Below are positions 13,521 to 27,010 of a stretch of DNA of 64,000 nt, piece by piece. The stretch is from contig NC_068982.1 in NCBI RefSeq assembly GCF_001194135.2, forward strand, positions 96,652,734-96,716,733. Reading direction: 5' to 3'. The position numbers and the translations under genes were made by a program. The number at the start of each line of letters is the position of its first letter. The first letter of the stretch is position 1. The notes below the pieces were generated by a model. It had not been told where the DNA came from. It did not search any database and was given only the letters and a program-made list of their open reading frames with translations. The stretch comes from Octopus bimaculoides (lineage: Eukaryota).

Positions 13521-14039
13521 TAAAAATACTTTCATTTTTGGACAGGATATTGTTTTCTATTCTTTCGATGCAAACTGTTAAATTTATCCCCATCACCCTA
13601 TGTAGGATCCATTCCTTTTTACCTATGCTTCAAGATGGCATCCATTTCATTAATATATGCAACAAACAAGAGGGTTTCAGATTATATTATGACCCTTTTC
13701 ATAATCTTCCTAACATGATCCAATAATTTTAAACCTCTATAACTGTCTCTCTTTAATACATCTTTTTCCTTGTAGCAGTTTACAATGATCCTGCTACACC
13801 AATCATTGGGTATGAGTCTTCCCTGGACTGCTTACTTAATTCAAGTGACTAGCAAGAGGGGAAGAGTTAAAAATGTCTTCTGACTAGAGTCTGATGAGTT
13901 GTCTGTGAAGCTACAGCATTCGTGGATGCAAAACCATTGGTCACTCTATGACCAGACATTAACTTTGTTACTTTAATAATTTACTACTCCATACTTTAGA
14001 GTGTTCTTCTTTTTTGGATATATGATAAATTGACAACAT

Positions 14040-14055
14040 ATATACATGTATACAA

Positions 14056-14140
<85 letters not shown>

Positions 14141-14255
14141 CACACACATATATATATATACATACATACATACATACATACATACATACATACATACATT
14201 CCATACGCATACATATGCACATACATGCATACATATATATGAGTGTGTGTGTGTG
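14040..14255. repeat. Compound (TACA)n/(TA)n microsatellite
   Basis: Directly visible. Produces several spurious ORFs in the track. Confidence 0.95.
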
Positions 14256-14429
14256 TAGTTCATTCTGAAAAGTGATTGGTGTTATGAAAAGCACCTACTT
14301 ACATGCACATGTGTAATGAGGTTCTCTGGCTTGTCTAGGAAAGCTGTAATTTTGAATAAAAACTACTTCAGACTATGGCAAGCTGTCCAACTCATACCAG
14401 CAAAGAATAAGGAATATGGACATAAAACA

Positions 14430-14648
14430 ATTATTTCTACTCTAGGCACAAAACCTCGAGAATTTTGAGGGAAGGGAGCTAGTTGACTATATCAACTCCA
14501 GTGCATAACTGGTACTTATTTTATCAACCCCCAAAAGGATGAAAGGTAAAGACGACTTCGATGGAATTTGAACTCAGAACATCAAGACAGATGAAATACC
14601 GCTAAGCATTTCACCCAGTGTGCTAATGATTCTGCCAGCTTGCTGCCT
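14430..14648 (-). mobile_element. tRNA-derived SINE (Meta-domain-like), near full length
   Basis: Reverse complement starts GGCAGCAAGCTGGCAGAATCATTAGCAC and includes TCTGAGTTCAAATTCC (B-box-like) and the shared core. Confidence 0.7.
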
Positions 14649-15866
14649 AATAATAATAATAACAATGATGGTGATGATGATGATTATGATAATGCACATG
14701 TGTGTGCACACACACATCATTATTTTAAATCTGCTTCCCATACTGGCGCGGGTTGGACAGGTCATTACAATTTGAGTTAGTTCTTGTTTGGAGTTACTGC
14801 CATCCTAACTGGCTTGGAAACTACAGCTCACTCATACATTTTAGTCATGACTTCGTTTCTACAACTGGATGTTCTTCATAACATCCACCATTTTACAGAG
14901 TGCACTTGGTGCATTTTATCATAGCACAAACACTAGAAAGGTTATGTTCTCAACAAATCTATGGGATTCCTTCAACCCATGAATCTTGAAAATGCTGTAT
15001 TATGCTGCATACTAATATTAGTTGCTTCATCTATCCCTAGTTTAATGTTAGTCTTATACAATCATTTATATGAATGTCATTTGTTGTTCAATTGCTTTAT
15101 ATATAAACTTTCACCAGTCATTGAAGTAACCGGAATTATCCCTAAAATGAATGGCTGTACCCTTTGATACTTGTGGGGAACATACCTCACATACAAGCAC
15201 ATTATATCAATTGATTTGACAGTTAACAAGTATTTTGAATTTTTAACTGGTCAAATACTATTTCAAGCAAAATCAGAGCAACATTTGGATCAGATTCATG
15301 TGTAGTTTGTTGGATGTAACTTAACACTTTCAAGTACACTGCTTTTATTTTCATGGTTTAATTCAGTGATATACTGATATAGTGACGTACTGTTTATGCA
15401 CTATATTTAATTTCAAGTTTTTTCCACTTCACTACTTTGACTTTGTTTGAAATTAGAACACACTACTACTAACTTTTTTCAAAATTTCTCATGATCAGGT
15501 ACAGTTGATTTATGCATGCTTGTTAGTAAACATTTACAACACTTGCACACTGGATTGTTATTCTTTCAAATAAACCACTTGAACTGACTTCTCCACTCTT
15601 TGTTACTTTGTCTGCCGGTATGTGTGTGCATATGTTTGTATGTGTGAATATAAGTAAATTTACTTAAGACAGTGTGCCGTGCTGGAGTGAAGTTTCTATT
15701 ATTTCAGATAAAGTTTTACTTCTGGGAGAAAGAAAGCATAATTGAAGGTGTAAGATGATAAATATTGGTTGGCACTGAAAGGGTGCCACACAATTCCTTA
15801 CATAAATGTTAGAGGAAAATTAGCAGAACAAGAAAACATCTGAACATAAAAACAATCCTTTTATTC

Positions 15867-16255
15867 TGTATGTACAAAATGTTTACACCTCAGGACAATC
15901 AGTAGCCAGGTCTGGTGTGGAAGCAGCAAAGTCGGAGTCAAACGGAGCTGGTCAAATACCTAGCCGGTCAAATACCGAGCTGGTCAAATAATGGTCAGCA
16001 GCAGAAGCGAACAGAGAGCTGCTAAGGACACATCTACATAGTTCAGCGGCTGCATCTCGAGTCTGAGATACAAGAGACCTCTGCTGCTGCTAGTTTTCTG
16101 CGCATGCACATGAGGGAACTTCTGGCAGGCCTTCCAGAAGATTCCAACCCTGTGCATGCATGAAGACCCTCAAAATTACATCACTACAAGGGCAACCTGA
16201 ATATGAGACCTGTAATTCNNNNNNNNNNNNNNNNGGGGGGGGAGAACTTGATACA
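15867..16255. mobile_element. Possible solo LTR of another family
   Basis: TGTAT...ATACA termini, about 390 bp, more GC/CpG-rich than flanks, three internal GGTCAAATA repeats. No TSD found and an N-gap lies inside. Confidence 0.3.
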
Positions 16256-18412
16256 GTCAAATGAAAACACTTCATTTCTGACAACCTTCTTAATACTGAT
16301 GGCATAATAAAACAAATCCTGTCTATGCTGTAAAGTGACTGATATTCGGAAGGATGTCCAGCCAATAAAACCATACTAAAATCATGATAGTCAAAAATAA
16401 AATAATTTGTTTTTGTATTTGGTTTGCAAGATTCTCAATGTGAACTTGTGTGTTGGAATGAATTTTGTTGTAGGGAGGATAATTACACCAATAATAATAA
16501 ACACACCAGTATGTGAGTTTATTATTATTGGTGTAATGACCTTCCCTAGATACAATAAAAATAAAATGTAAAACCCTAATTGCACAAATAGACTTGACAC
16601 CATGTTAGTATTGCACAATGAGTTAGGAAATTTACATGTGGTTACTCAACCCCTTTGCAAAAGAAAAGAACACCTTTAAATTACACCCTACTGACTAAAA
16701 AAAACAAAAAACAAAACAAAAAACATAGGATAATCTAGTTCTGTGAAAATAGAAAGACAGAAATAGTCATGGCAGGAATGTTTTTGATCATTCAGGGCTT
16801 ACCTAGGATTAAGCAGCAACAGCACCATTAAAAGTGACAATACTGCCAAGTTCAAATTCTCCAGTAGGATTATAGAAGCCACTTGACCTCAGACCAAGCC
16901 TGTCTTAACCAGGCTCAACTCTGGATTCTGATTCTGCTTGTAATTATTGGCTGAATTCATCATGTACATGTATCCATTCCTAGGTAGACAGCATCCTTGA
17001 TCAGGGGAATAGACACTTTGTGTGTGTGTGTGTGTGTTTATGTGTACTCTTGTCTTGACATCATGATTGTAAATGAGCATCATCATACAAGTGATGTTCA
17101 TTTCCAGTCTTCTGTGAAAAATGTGTCTGGCCATGAGGAAATATTACCTTGCTTGGAAACAGGTGAGGGTTGGTGACAAAAAAGGTGTCTGGCAGTAAAA
17201 AAATTGCAGTGCCGTTGTTCTTTAGCCCAAGTTCAACTCTGAGTAAACCCTTAATCAAAAGCATTCCAGTCATGACCATCCTCTCTTTTTGTCTAGGGTT
17301 ACATTAGCAAATGCATCCTTCTCTTTTTTTTTTCTAATGGTAAGGTGCAATATGAAGGAGATTTAGCTGCTATTTCTAGCTAGTTAAATCACTTTGTAGA
17401 GGATTCCTTACTAATGGTGTATTTAGGTACTAAAACAGGATCTAATCAAACAATAATAGCCATATGTTTAATTGACAAAACACCATGTTTTTATATATAG
17501 TACATAAAGCATGAAATAAATAGACATTATGTTGATGTGTATTTATAACATTTAGTCTATTATAATTATTATTTTGGCTCATAGCTGTGGCACCATTAAA
17601 ATTCTAGTGAACCCAGCAGTGACTACCTAGCTTCTTCTTTCTGCTCCCTCTTCATTGGTTATGTGAATGAGTCAACTGAAGAACTTTCTCTCGTCTAATC
17701 ACTCAAAATAATGTGTAATTTATGTAATTCCTGTTGCCAGCATGTTTAAGATATTTTCAGAAAAAACAACTGACATTGATAAAAATAACTTCCAGTTGTG
17801 ATGTTAAGTAGAAGAAAATGAAAAGGAAGAAACCTATGGACACATGTCTTCTTTCCACAAATAGATGTCTGATTATAAAGATTATAAATAGATATAAAAG
17901 TGTGGATAAACAGTCACATTTATTGTAAACATACACAAATAACATACATACACACATCTAGATATCAGAAAACATCCTTTTGCCTTCAACATCATTGCCA
18001 ACATGATTGTATTTTCTTTTCCTTTCAGCTGTTCATTTTATACTTGGGTGCAAGACCACAATTTTACATAGAAGTAGATAGTGGAGAGGTTCATGCATTC
18101 TCCAAGGGTATTAACCATATAAATAAAGAGAGATAGTTTTAGTTGAAAAACAAAACATGATTCCTGAACTTGGTCTACAGAGATATTACACCATCATATA
18201 GTCTTTTATTGATAAATGTTTGTGATAAGATTTTTCCAAAACAAATGACGTAATTTGGCAGAAATGAAATGTGTCAGACGAAATCCATACAGTATTTAAT
18301 TTTGTCCTTCAACATTCAGTGATTAATCATATCTGGGTCAACTTTACCCTTCATCCCTCAGGAGCTCTACAAGCAACATTCTGAAGTTGATTTATTTTTC
18401 TATAGCACATCA

Positions 18413-18634
18413 TCATCATCATCGTTTAACGTCCGCTTTCCATGCTAGCATGGGTTGGACGATTTGACTGAGGACTGGTGAAACCGGATGGCAACACCAG
18501 GCTCCAGTCTGATTTGGCAGAGTTTCTACAGCTGGATGCCCTTCCTAACGCCAACCACTCAGAGAGTGTAGTGGGTGCTTTTACGTGTCACCCGCACGAA
18601 AACGGCCACGCTCGAAATGGTGTCTTTTATGTGC
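18413..18634 (-). mobile_element. Young RTE-derived 3' end (short element)
   Basis: Almost identical to the reverse complement of 42290-42510. Has a (CAT)n tail and runs into gap 18635-19091. Confidence 0.8.
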
Positions 18635-19091
18635 NNNNNNNNNNNNNNNNNNNNNNNNNNNNNNNNNNNNNNNNNNNNNNNNNNNNNNNNNNNNNNNNNN
18701 NNNNNNNNNNNNNNNNNNNNNNNNNNNNNNNNNNNNNNNNNNNNNNNNNNNNNNNNNNNNNNNNNNNNNNNNNNNNNNNNNNNNNNNNNNNNNNNNNNNN
18801 NNNNNNNNNNNNNNNNNNNNNNNNNNNNNNNNNNNNNNNNNNNNNNNNNNNNNNNNNNNNNNNNNNNNNNNNNNNNNNNNNNNNNNNNNNNNNNNNNNNN
18901 NNNNNNNNNNNNNNNNNNNNNNNNNNNNNNNNNNNNNNNNNNNNNNNNNNNNNNNNNNNNNNNNNNNNNNNNNNNNNNNNNNNNNNNNNNNNNNNNNNNN
19001 NNNNNNNNNNNNNNNNNNNNNNNNNNNNNNNNNNNNNNNNNNNNNNNNNNNNNNNNNNNNNNNNNNNNNNNNNNNNNNNNNNNNNNNNNNN

Positions 19092-19735
19092 GGCATCCAA
19101 AACCTTCACTGGCAATAGCTGGCTGTTGTTGTAATTGGGCTCCATGTACCTTTGCATGTCGTTTAAGTCCTGTTGAATCACACTCCCTTCCACATGCCCG
19201 ACAGACATGATTAGTATGGTGTGTAGCATCATCACCAGCGGCCTGGTAGTCAATCATCAGTCTTGCTTTATGACTACGAAGATGACTCATGAGTCCAGCT
19301 TTACTGAGCCACGGTCTTGCACAGACACTGCATGTCAGTGTCATAGGAAGACCCTTACCATCTGGAAGTGCAACAACAATGTAGTTGTCCCCTCATGCAC
19401 AATCCTTCTCCACCTACCACGGTCAATAGCTATGCCTTCCTATGTGTTAGGAGAGATGTTGGCATCTCTCAAGGAAACCTTCAGCAAGTCTATATCTCTT
19501 TTTTGGTTTATGTGGAGGTCGTTCTTCTTTAGCTACCTCTCCATAAAAGAGTTGTTTTGGCATCCTTGAATCTTTCATCCTAACCAGATGACCACTCCAT
19601 CTGAGCCTTTGCTTCAACACAAGAGCTTCTATACTTTCATACCGAGAGCTTTCCAATATCTCAAGATCACTGATGCGGTCCTCCCACTTAATGTCATAGA
19701 TCCGTCTGAGACACATCTGATGGATACATACATAC
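19092..19735 (-). mobile_element. RTE-clade LINE 3' fragment of a second family, with C-terminal zinc fingers
   Basis: LRRIYDIKWEDRISDLEIL...QRLRWSGHLVRMKDSRMPKQLFYGE, then CSVC...GLMSHLRSH and CRAC...GLKRHAKVH C2H2-like motifs. Confidence 0.8.
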
Positions 19736-20400
19736 ATACATGCATGCATGCAAGTAACGTTTATCACCACTTCAACACTGATGTTACTACCATTTTAACC
19801 CCAGGAGGATGCCTTCTCCAGCTGGTTATTTGATGCAATCTGCACCCAATATATATTACAAGCAGGGGAGCAAACCCCTACCATCTTCCAGTGACAGGAC
19901 CACCAGGCTGTATGGTTCTGAACTATTTGTGCTCATCTTCAGTGGTGGACACTTGTCTGGTATAGAGATACCAGTAGCTCTCTCCAGCTTGCAATATATA
20001 GAAAATAACTAACAATCAGTCATTGATCTTGCACCAAACAAATTAGCTAGTTAGGAAAACTCTATAAGAGATGAAAGCAGTAACTATACTGAGAAGTAAT
20101 GTTTATCACCACTTCAACACAACTCTCCTGTAGGAACTGACATTACTACCATTTTAACCCCAGAAGGATATGATGCAATCTACATGTGATATATATTGCA
20201 AGCAGGAGAGCAAACCCTACCATCTCCCAGCGACAGGACCACCAGACTATATGGTTTTGAGCTATTTGTGCTCATCCTCATCCTAGCTAATTTCCTTGTT
20301 GCAAGATCAGTGACTTCTTAGTATAGTTACTACTTTCATCTCTTATAGAGATTTTCTAACTTGCTAATTTGGTTTTATATATCTGATGATTTGGTGAATC

Positions 20401-21487
20401 TTAAGTTTGCAGAGTTTCTTGATAAACAACATTTTTGGTCTTTCCTTGTGGAACATAAATAAACAAATGATTAGGCTTGCCAACTCTTGAGCATCCCACA
20501 TAAAGTTGGCCATGGGAGAAAACTGGTTCCACAAGGTTCATTCCTATCACATCCTGAGCCTTGTTAATGCTCATTGCAAAGCTCATTTTCAATGATGTTT
20601 GTACTGGAAAGGTATATCTGAGGGAATAAGTGGAATTCTAGGAATGAATACAAGCTCACTGCTTGCTTTACCAGTCAAAATTGTTGTCTTCAAGACTGTT
20701 AGCATAATCATCTTTATTATAAGTCGTGTGCCATTGCAAAGTTTTGAAGGATTGAGTTTTCGAAGTAGCATAACTGGTGCCCCAATCTTGAGGTGTAAGT
20801 TGTGAGATGGGAGGTTGGGTGGTGTTAGACTATTCAAGAATTCAACTGGATAATTCACAGCTTCATAGATGTTGAGTACAGTGTCAATGGAATGTGACGC
20901 TCACCTGGCAACTGTTCCAGAAGTTTGATGTTCAAATCATCAACTGCCACATTCTTTGGAGCTAAGACGGCACAGGTTTTCTGCCAGTTGTGGTCTGTAA
21001 ACCGATTCCTCAGGTTAGGAAACACCTTATTCATTAGTTCCTTTAAATCAGATACCATATGTCCAAAAGGTAAGCTTACGCAACCATCCTTCTCACCAAC
21101 TGAAGTGCCATTACCAACATCCAATAGTTGCTTTGAAAAGGTTCTGTCAGCAGTCTCATGTTGGTTGTGAGTCTTAGCTTTTGCACACTGCTCCATAGGT
21201 AGGACGACTTTATGCTGGCATTTACCTCATCAGCTTGTCACAATTGGAACTACAGGAAGGGTTTGTCTAAAGTCTCTCCTGCAAGCAAGACTGTGACACC
21301 TCAAATGAGACTGGTGTTTTGTGTCAGATCCTGAAGGGCCATGTCAAGAGCTTCAAAAGAAACCTTATGGCTCATTGTCACCTCATACCAGATGATCAAC
21401 CTGCATTCACCCAGAAGTTTTCCTTTTACAGAACCACGACTGATGTTGCAGTTTGCCTTCACTTTCTTGGACAGTTCCAAAGCTCGG
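20401..21487 (-). mobile_element. Helitron PIF1-like helicase remnant (frameshifted)
   Basis: Consecutive ORFs: [75 protein letters not shown] and FSHGQLYVGCSRV. These are Helitron helicase motifs. Confidence 0.9.
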
Positions 21488-23255
21488 ATGATGATGATGA
21501 TACATACATACAAACACACACATATTTATTTGGTGTTGAATCTGTCATTTGATAAAGAGGAATCAGTTGTTTCAATTAACTTGATTACCTGCTCTTGAAT
21601 TAACATGAAAGTGTCTGAGTATTCCATAGACACATGTACCTTTTACATAATTCTCTGAGAAAATTATGATAATAGTGAGTGACAAGGCTGTACAGTTTGA
21701 GTTACAGGTACAATCATGTACCTTCAAATGTAGCTATATACAGTTTCTGTGTAGCCAGTTTCATTCACAAGGTAAAAGTGAAACCAAGTGTATAGAGAAT
21801 AACACTTGCTCTCATGACTGCCAAATGGATTTCCTAACCACTTAACCATACTGCACCTACATATATATATATATATATTTTCCCCCTCACCCCTCTCCAT
21901 CACCAACCTCCCCCTCTCTCTCTCTCACACACACCACATCCTGTAAAAACACATACTGGAATACTAATACCTGGCAATATTCAGCTGCTGTTACTCTGAA
22001 GGAACACCTGGAAGATATTTGCAAAGCATACTACAAAGAAACAAGCCATCTTAAGCAACCCAGGTGGGTAAAAAATTAAAAGAATGAATAAAGAATTTAC
22101 AATATAGAATAGGGCAATGAAATGCCATTACAAAGAGTGGAGCAAAGTTCACAAGACCAGTACAGACATCCTGTGAGTGCTGTGTTATTTATATCATTCT
22201 GTTCATCAACCAAGTGCACAAAAGTGACTTGAATAACATTGTGTGGGCTGTGGGTCAGTTATGAACTCTTTAAGAAATACTCACTTCTTAATGAATGACT
22301 TTCCATATGAACCCTGAATTGCAGGATTAGCATTTCTCCAGCAAAGACTTGGAAGAGGAACACTCTGAATTACAATGAAAAGATTATGCATGGGTATGTT
22401 TCCCTTAAACTTGAAAAGGATGATATTAATAAAATGAAATGTAGCAGCTCTTGGACTTGTGATTATTATATCAGATCACACCTTAATTCATGATCAAGAG
22501 ATAGATATGAAATATTTAACAAACAAACAGGACAGTGAAGCCCTTGAATGCCCAAGATGCAACCACAAATGTTAATTATATCACTGTTCTGTAGAGGACA
22601 TAATGCATGTAATCAGCAGCTACACAAAAATACCATTGAGGTACTATCTCTCCCTGCATAATGATGTTGTTATTAAAACAGCATATGTTGCCATCCTCAG
22701 AAAAGACTGTCTTGGGATAAATATAAACACCTTTGTTATGGAAAACATACATATCAACACAAAGAATGTTGGTAGATGATTTCCATCAAAACAAGAGTTC
22801 TACATAAAAAATAAAAAATAAAACCTCAATTTCATTTCAGTTGTTGTCAGCCTCTTCAGAATTCAAATACTAGTTATGTACATTTGAAATATATTTAGTT
22901 GCTAGGTCTGGAAGGATGTGTAACTAAAATGGTCCCTGCTCCTTCGATTTGGTTGGTCTCTTACCATCTCCATACAGGTACGTCTAACTCACTTGCCTCT
23001 CCTCTTCTCATCATCCATGTATTTACAAATCTTTTTATTTGTTAAATCTGAAGGATGAGGCAGTAGCCATAACCAGTGTAGGCCTTCTAAGACCAGTGTG
23101 ATTGATGCTGTTAATGTAATACTTAAGCTGTTGTGTTACAAGGAAAGATGTGAACAGGGAGGAGTTCCAAAAGCATGGTTTTCTGAAGAGAACACATTTT
23201 TCAATAGCAGTAATAAAGGCTGCAGATCATCAGATGGGCTAAAACTTCCATCCTA

Positions 23256-23256
<1 letters not shown>

Positions 23257-23349
<93 letters not shown>

Positions 23350-23369
23350 CGCACACACACACACACACA
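23257..23369. repeat. (TG)n(CG)n(CA)n microsatellite
   Basis: Directly visible long alternating purine-pyrimidine tract. Confidence 0.95.
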
Positions 23370-24295
23370 TGTGCATGTGGTTCTTAAATCACAGTCTCAA
23401 TGAGTGATCTGGGAGAGAGGAGTGGTAGATAGGAGTATAGAAAGGTAAAGTCAAGAGAAAGAGAGAGAGAGAAAGAGATATCAATGATGAAGTGACCAGG
23501 GAGAGGGGCTGTTTATATTATTAAAACAAAAATGAACTATGAGAAATGATTCAGTGAATTTGAACAACAAAAATGAAGAAAAGTATACTAAATACCATAC
23601 AAGATAAATTCTTAATATATCTCCACTTCAAGAGAAGATATACAAACACCTTATTGCAATTATAACAAAATCCAAATGAGAAGCATGGATATAATCTCAA
23701 GGAATCAACAATTTTCCAGAATCAATGTGCTATGCCCAAAAAAGGAAAAAAAAAAGTGTTGCTTTTTTTCTTTTTTTCTGGAGACAAGAAAACAGTTGTG
23801 AACATGTTTCTATGTCAATAGGCTTCATCAGCAGAGCAAACCTCCTTTCTTGACTCAAGCTAGGCATAAAACTTACTTAAAAACCTTTGTTCCCTATAGA
23901 GCATAGGCCATCAATTATTTCTCCACTGTTCTCGACTCAGAGCTGTCTTTTGCTAAAGGAGTGGTCTGGTGCATGAACATGGACACTGAAGGCATAGAAA
24001 AATTTACTAAAGGCCATAAAAGATTAAAAAATTTTGATTCATTGAAATTATTTTCACTTTGAGGAAAGGTAAAGAAATGCTTAGCAGCAATTGCACCAGA
24101 CTCTGAATGAGTAGGAGAGATAATCCCAAGGCCTCAAAAATTCTCCAGACAAATTTCCAGATAAGAGAAACAGAACAAGTGTATCAGATTATGTCAATGG
24201 TGACAGAGAGAGAGAGAGGGGGGGGAGAGAGAAAGAAAGAGAGAGAGAGAGTGGCAACAGTTACGTTTGCTGATGAGAAGAAGAAAGAGAACGTA

Positions 24296-24530
24296 CAGGA
24301 TGGCCCAAAAGTAGATTTACAGTTATTCAACTATCTCTTTCGCATTCATATATTAACGGTTTACATCTTAATCATAAAAAAATATGAAACCATTATTCTA
24401 TGCTGATTTAGTTAATTTCGTCAAGTTCCCTTTTCAGTTTGTAAGATAGAAATTTAAATATAATAAAATGTTTTAAAAGAAATTTAAAGTGCCTACGTGA
24501 TAACTGTAAACCTACTTTTGGACCACCCTT
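24296..24530. mobile_element. Tc1/mariner-type MITE, about 235 bp
   Basis: Imperfect 30-bp TIRs CAGGATGGCCCAAAAGTAGATTTACAGTTA / TAACTGTAAACCTACTTTTGGACCACCCTT, flanked by TA at 24294-5 and 24531-2. Confidence 0.75.
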
Positions 24531-25496
24531 TATATGACAGAAGCTAATAGAGAGAGAGAGAGAGAGCAAGCAAGCAACTACGTTTGCTGATGAGAGAGAG
24601 AGAGAGAGAATGAAAGAGAATGTATATGACAGATGCCAATAGAGTGATTGAGAGAGAGGAAGACAGAAGTATATACACAAACATACACATATACACAAAC
24701 ACCCCATAATATAGCCAAACAAGTTTTTGCAGAAGACTGGAAATGAAAGAGACCGCTTGTATGAGTGATGCTCGTTTACTACAACTATCACACAATGCAC
24801 AAGCAACGTCAAGATAGGGGAAACACAAATGCGTGCGCGCGTACACACATTCGACGGGATTCTTTCTGTTTCGGTTTACCAGTTCCACTCACAAGCTTTA
24901 GTTAGTCCATGCGGTTAAGAAGCGACAGAACATTACTAGTGTTAAGTTATAGTCGACTGTCATGAAGATTTTTAAAATCAAAAGTTTACAAGACGGAAAC
25001 TTTTTATTTGGTTTCAAATTATTAAAAAAAAATTTATTATTTCAAAAAGTGACGCTTGTGTCAACGTTTCGTTAGTTCGAAAGAGACAAGTAGACAAGAG
25101 TTGGAATGCCAGGTGTACGTAGCCTGCTCAACAACGATGCTGAATCTTTATTACAATCATACGATTATACATAGAAATTGGACATAACAAGACAGACAAT
25201 TACAAAAAGGTTGTATGAGTTCGAATGATACATTAAAAATTTTAATTATGAATAAACGAAAAACTGGCTTACTTTTGCCTTGAAATGAAAAATTGGCTTA
25301 CTTTTGCCTATAAACGAGAACTTTTTGGTGTGTTTTTTTTTTCACAATTATTTATTTATTATTTATTATTATTATTATTATTTTTAAATAAACCTAGAAG
25401 ACATTTCATGATAAAAATTATACAAAGTAGCAGGTTCACACGATTGAACCCGGCAGCCTATAATGTCCAGCAACTCGTCTTTCCTTTCTTCGATGA

Positions 25497-25609
25497 TTAA
25501 GCTGGGTTACTGACACCCATCTTTCTCACCACATTTTTCCATCGTTTTTCATATTCACTCGGTGGCAGGGTCTTCCTCTCCAACCCTATCTTGCTCTTCA
25601 GATGGTATC
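25497..25609 (-). CDS. Candidate terminal coding exon of an unidentified minus-strand gene (YHLKSKIGLERKTLPPSEYEKRWKNVVRKMGVSNPA*)
   Basis: Pyrimidine-rich acceptor CTCTCGTTCTCATATTACTTCAG, open frame to TAA, AATAAA signals about 130-150 nt downstream. Upstream exons not found. Confidence 0.3.
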
Positions 25610-26165
25610 TGAAGTAATATGAGAACGAGAGGTTTATGTTTCAGGAAATATCTTAAAGTTTTATATTGTGTAACACAAGCAATAGGTTGGAAAAATTACG
25701 GTAACGTCGGGAAAAACAGTAAGAACACGGGACTGAGACGATTGATTCTCTATCTTTCAGACACACCCAAATTCAACTAGCATCCTCTAGATTTGACACA
25801 TTCTAAACATCACGCAGATACATTCACAGAAACTTTGAAACGTGGTACAAGGGAAGTAACTATCAAAACTATTGAATTTTTTTTTTACTTTTCTTTGATG
25901 TTCAGTTGAGAATCTGGATTAACCTAATTCAAACCTTACAATAAATAGAAGGGTTCCTGTTTCTATCGAATTCAAGAATATTTGTAAATGCTTTTAAAAT
26001 GCATACATAAAATCTAAGAGACTTTCAATCCTCATTTCGTTTTCAATGAATGACTGACCGAGTTATTGGAAAGAACATATTAGTTACTTTCTATAGTTAT
26101 TTACCAAGGTTTATGTGAGTTTCAAATATATCTTCATCGACTCTTCTCCAGTGAAGAACTTTTTG

Positions 26166-26800
26166 TATGTATGTATGTATGTCATTATTCAGTTTATTTC
26201 AAGATTTCTTGCCAACAAAGAAAGAACCGGTTTCTAACCTAGTTCCAAGGCTGCTTCATTGGAATTTCAATATCAACAGGGTATTTTTGTTTGTTTGTAT
26301 GTACGTGCAGATTTGTGTTTTATGTATGCATACTCATGCATATAGTTACATATCTAGACATGCTCATATATATATTTAAATGATAAACTTCTGGAAATTT
26401 TACAGATTTTTACAGTTCCAGTGATGGATTGGATCTGTAGTCTTCGAATTAGCTTTCTCCTTTCTGGTTTAGAGAAGCCGAATTTTTCGAGATTAGTATT
26501 TAGGCAGTGCCTTACATATCCTAGGGCCCCAATAATTACAGATATAAACTTGAAATTGTAATCTGGATAGAGTAACTATAGATTTCTCAATAGTCCAGCG
26601 TAGGTATTCTCTTTTTCACTGATCTTCAGCTTTATGTTAACATCCGCTGGGCACCTAATTTCCACAACTGTGCACAATTTCTCTTCTCTACCCCAAATCA
26701 TTATATCAGGTCTGTTGTGCTTACATTTTATTGAAGTCTACACTGGTACATTTAACCAGTATTCCTTTTTATTATGAGTGGCTATGGCTTTTACCTTATT
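26166..26800 (-). mobile_element. 5'-truncated RLE-type non-LTR retrotransposon (R4/Dong or NeSL-like) with (ACAT)n tail
   Basis: Manual translation: KHNRPDIMIWGREEKLCTVVEIRCPADVNIKLKISEKENTY...IIGALG, a PD..E/D-x-K-like RLE domain, with one internal stop and a late frameshift. Not in the ORF track. Confidence 0.75.
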
Positions 26801-26814
26801 GTGGGTTTTTATTT

Positions 26815-27010
26815 CTTTGTATGTATGTATGTATGCATGTAGGTGTATGTGTGTCTATGTATGTATGTATGTGTATATGTATATATGCATGCTTATATGT
26901 GTATGTTTGTATATGTGTGTTTATGTATGTGTATATGTATTTATGTATGTATACATGCATCTGTGCATGTGTCTATGTATGTATGTACACAAGCACACAT
27001 GTATAGTACA
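26815..27010. repeat. Degenerate (TATG)n/(TG)n microsatellite
   Basis: Directly visible. Confidence 0.9.

Noticed and set aside
13968-14294. ORFs rich in YI/CV/HT repeats (also 23098-23403, 26731-27043, 57924-58220)
   Set aside because: Translations of microsatellites.
23877-23985. Minus-strand exon-like segment with an in-frame TGA (…KRQL*VENSGEIIDGLCSIG…), considered as a selenoprotein
   Set aside because: No CxxU/UxxC or known selenoprotein context, no SECIS identified, and the frame also ends in TAA at the donor.
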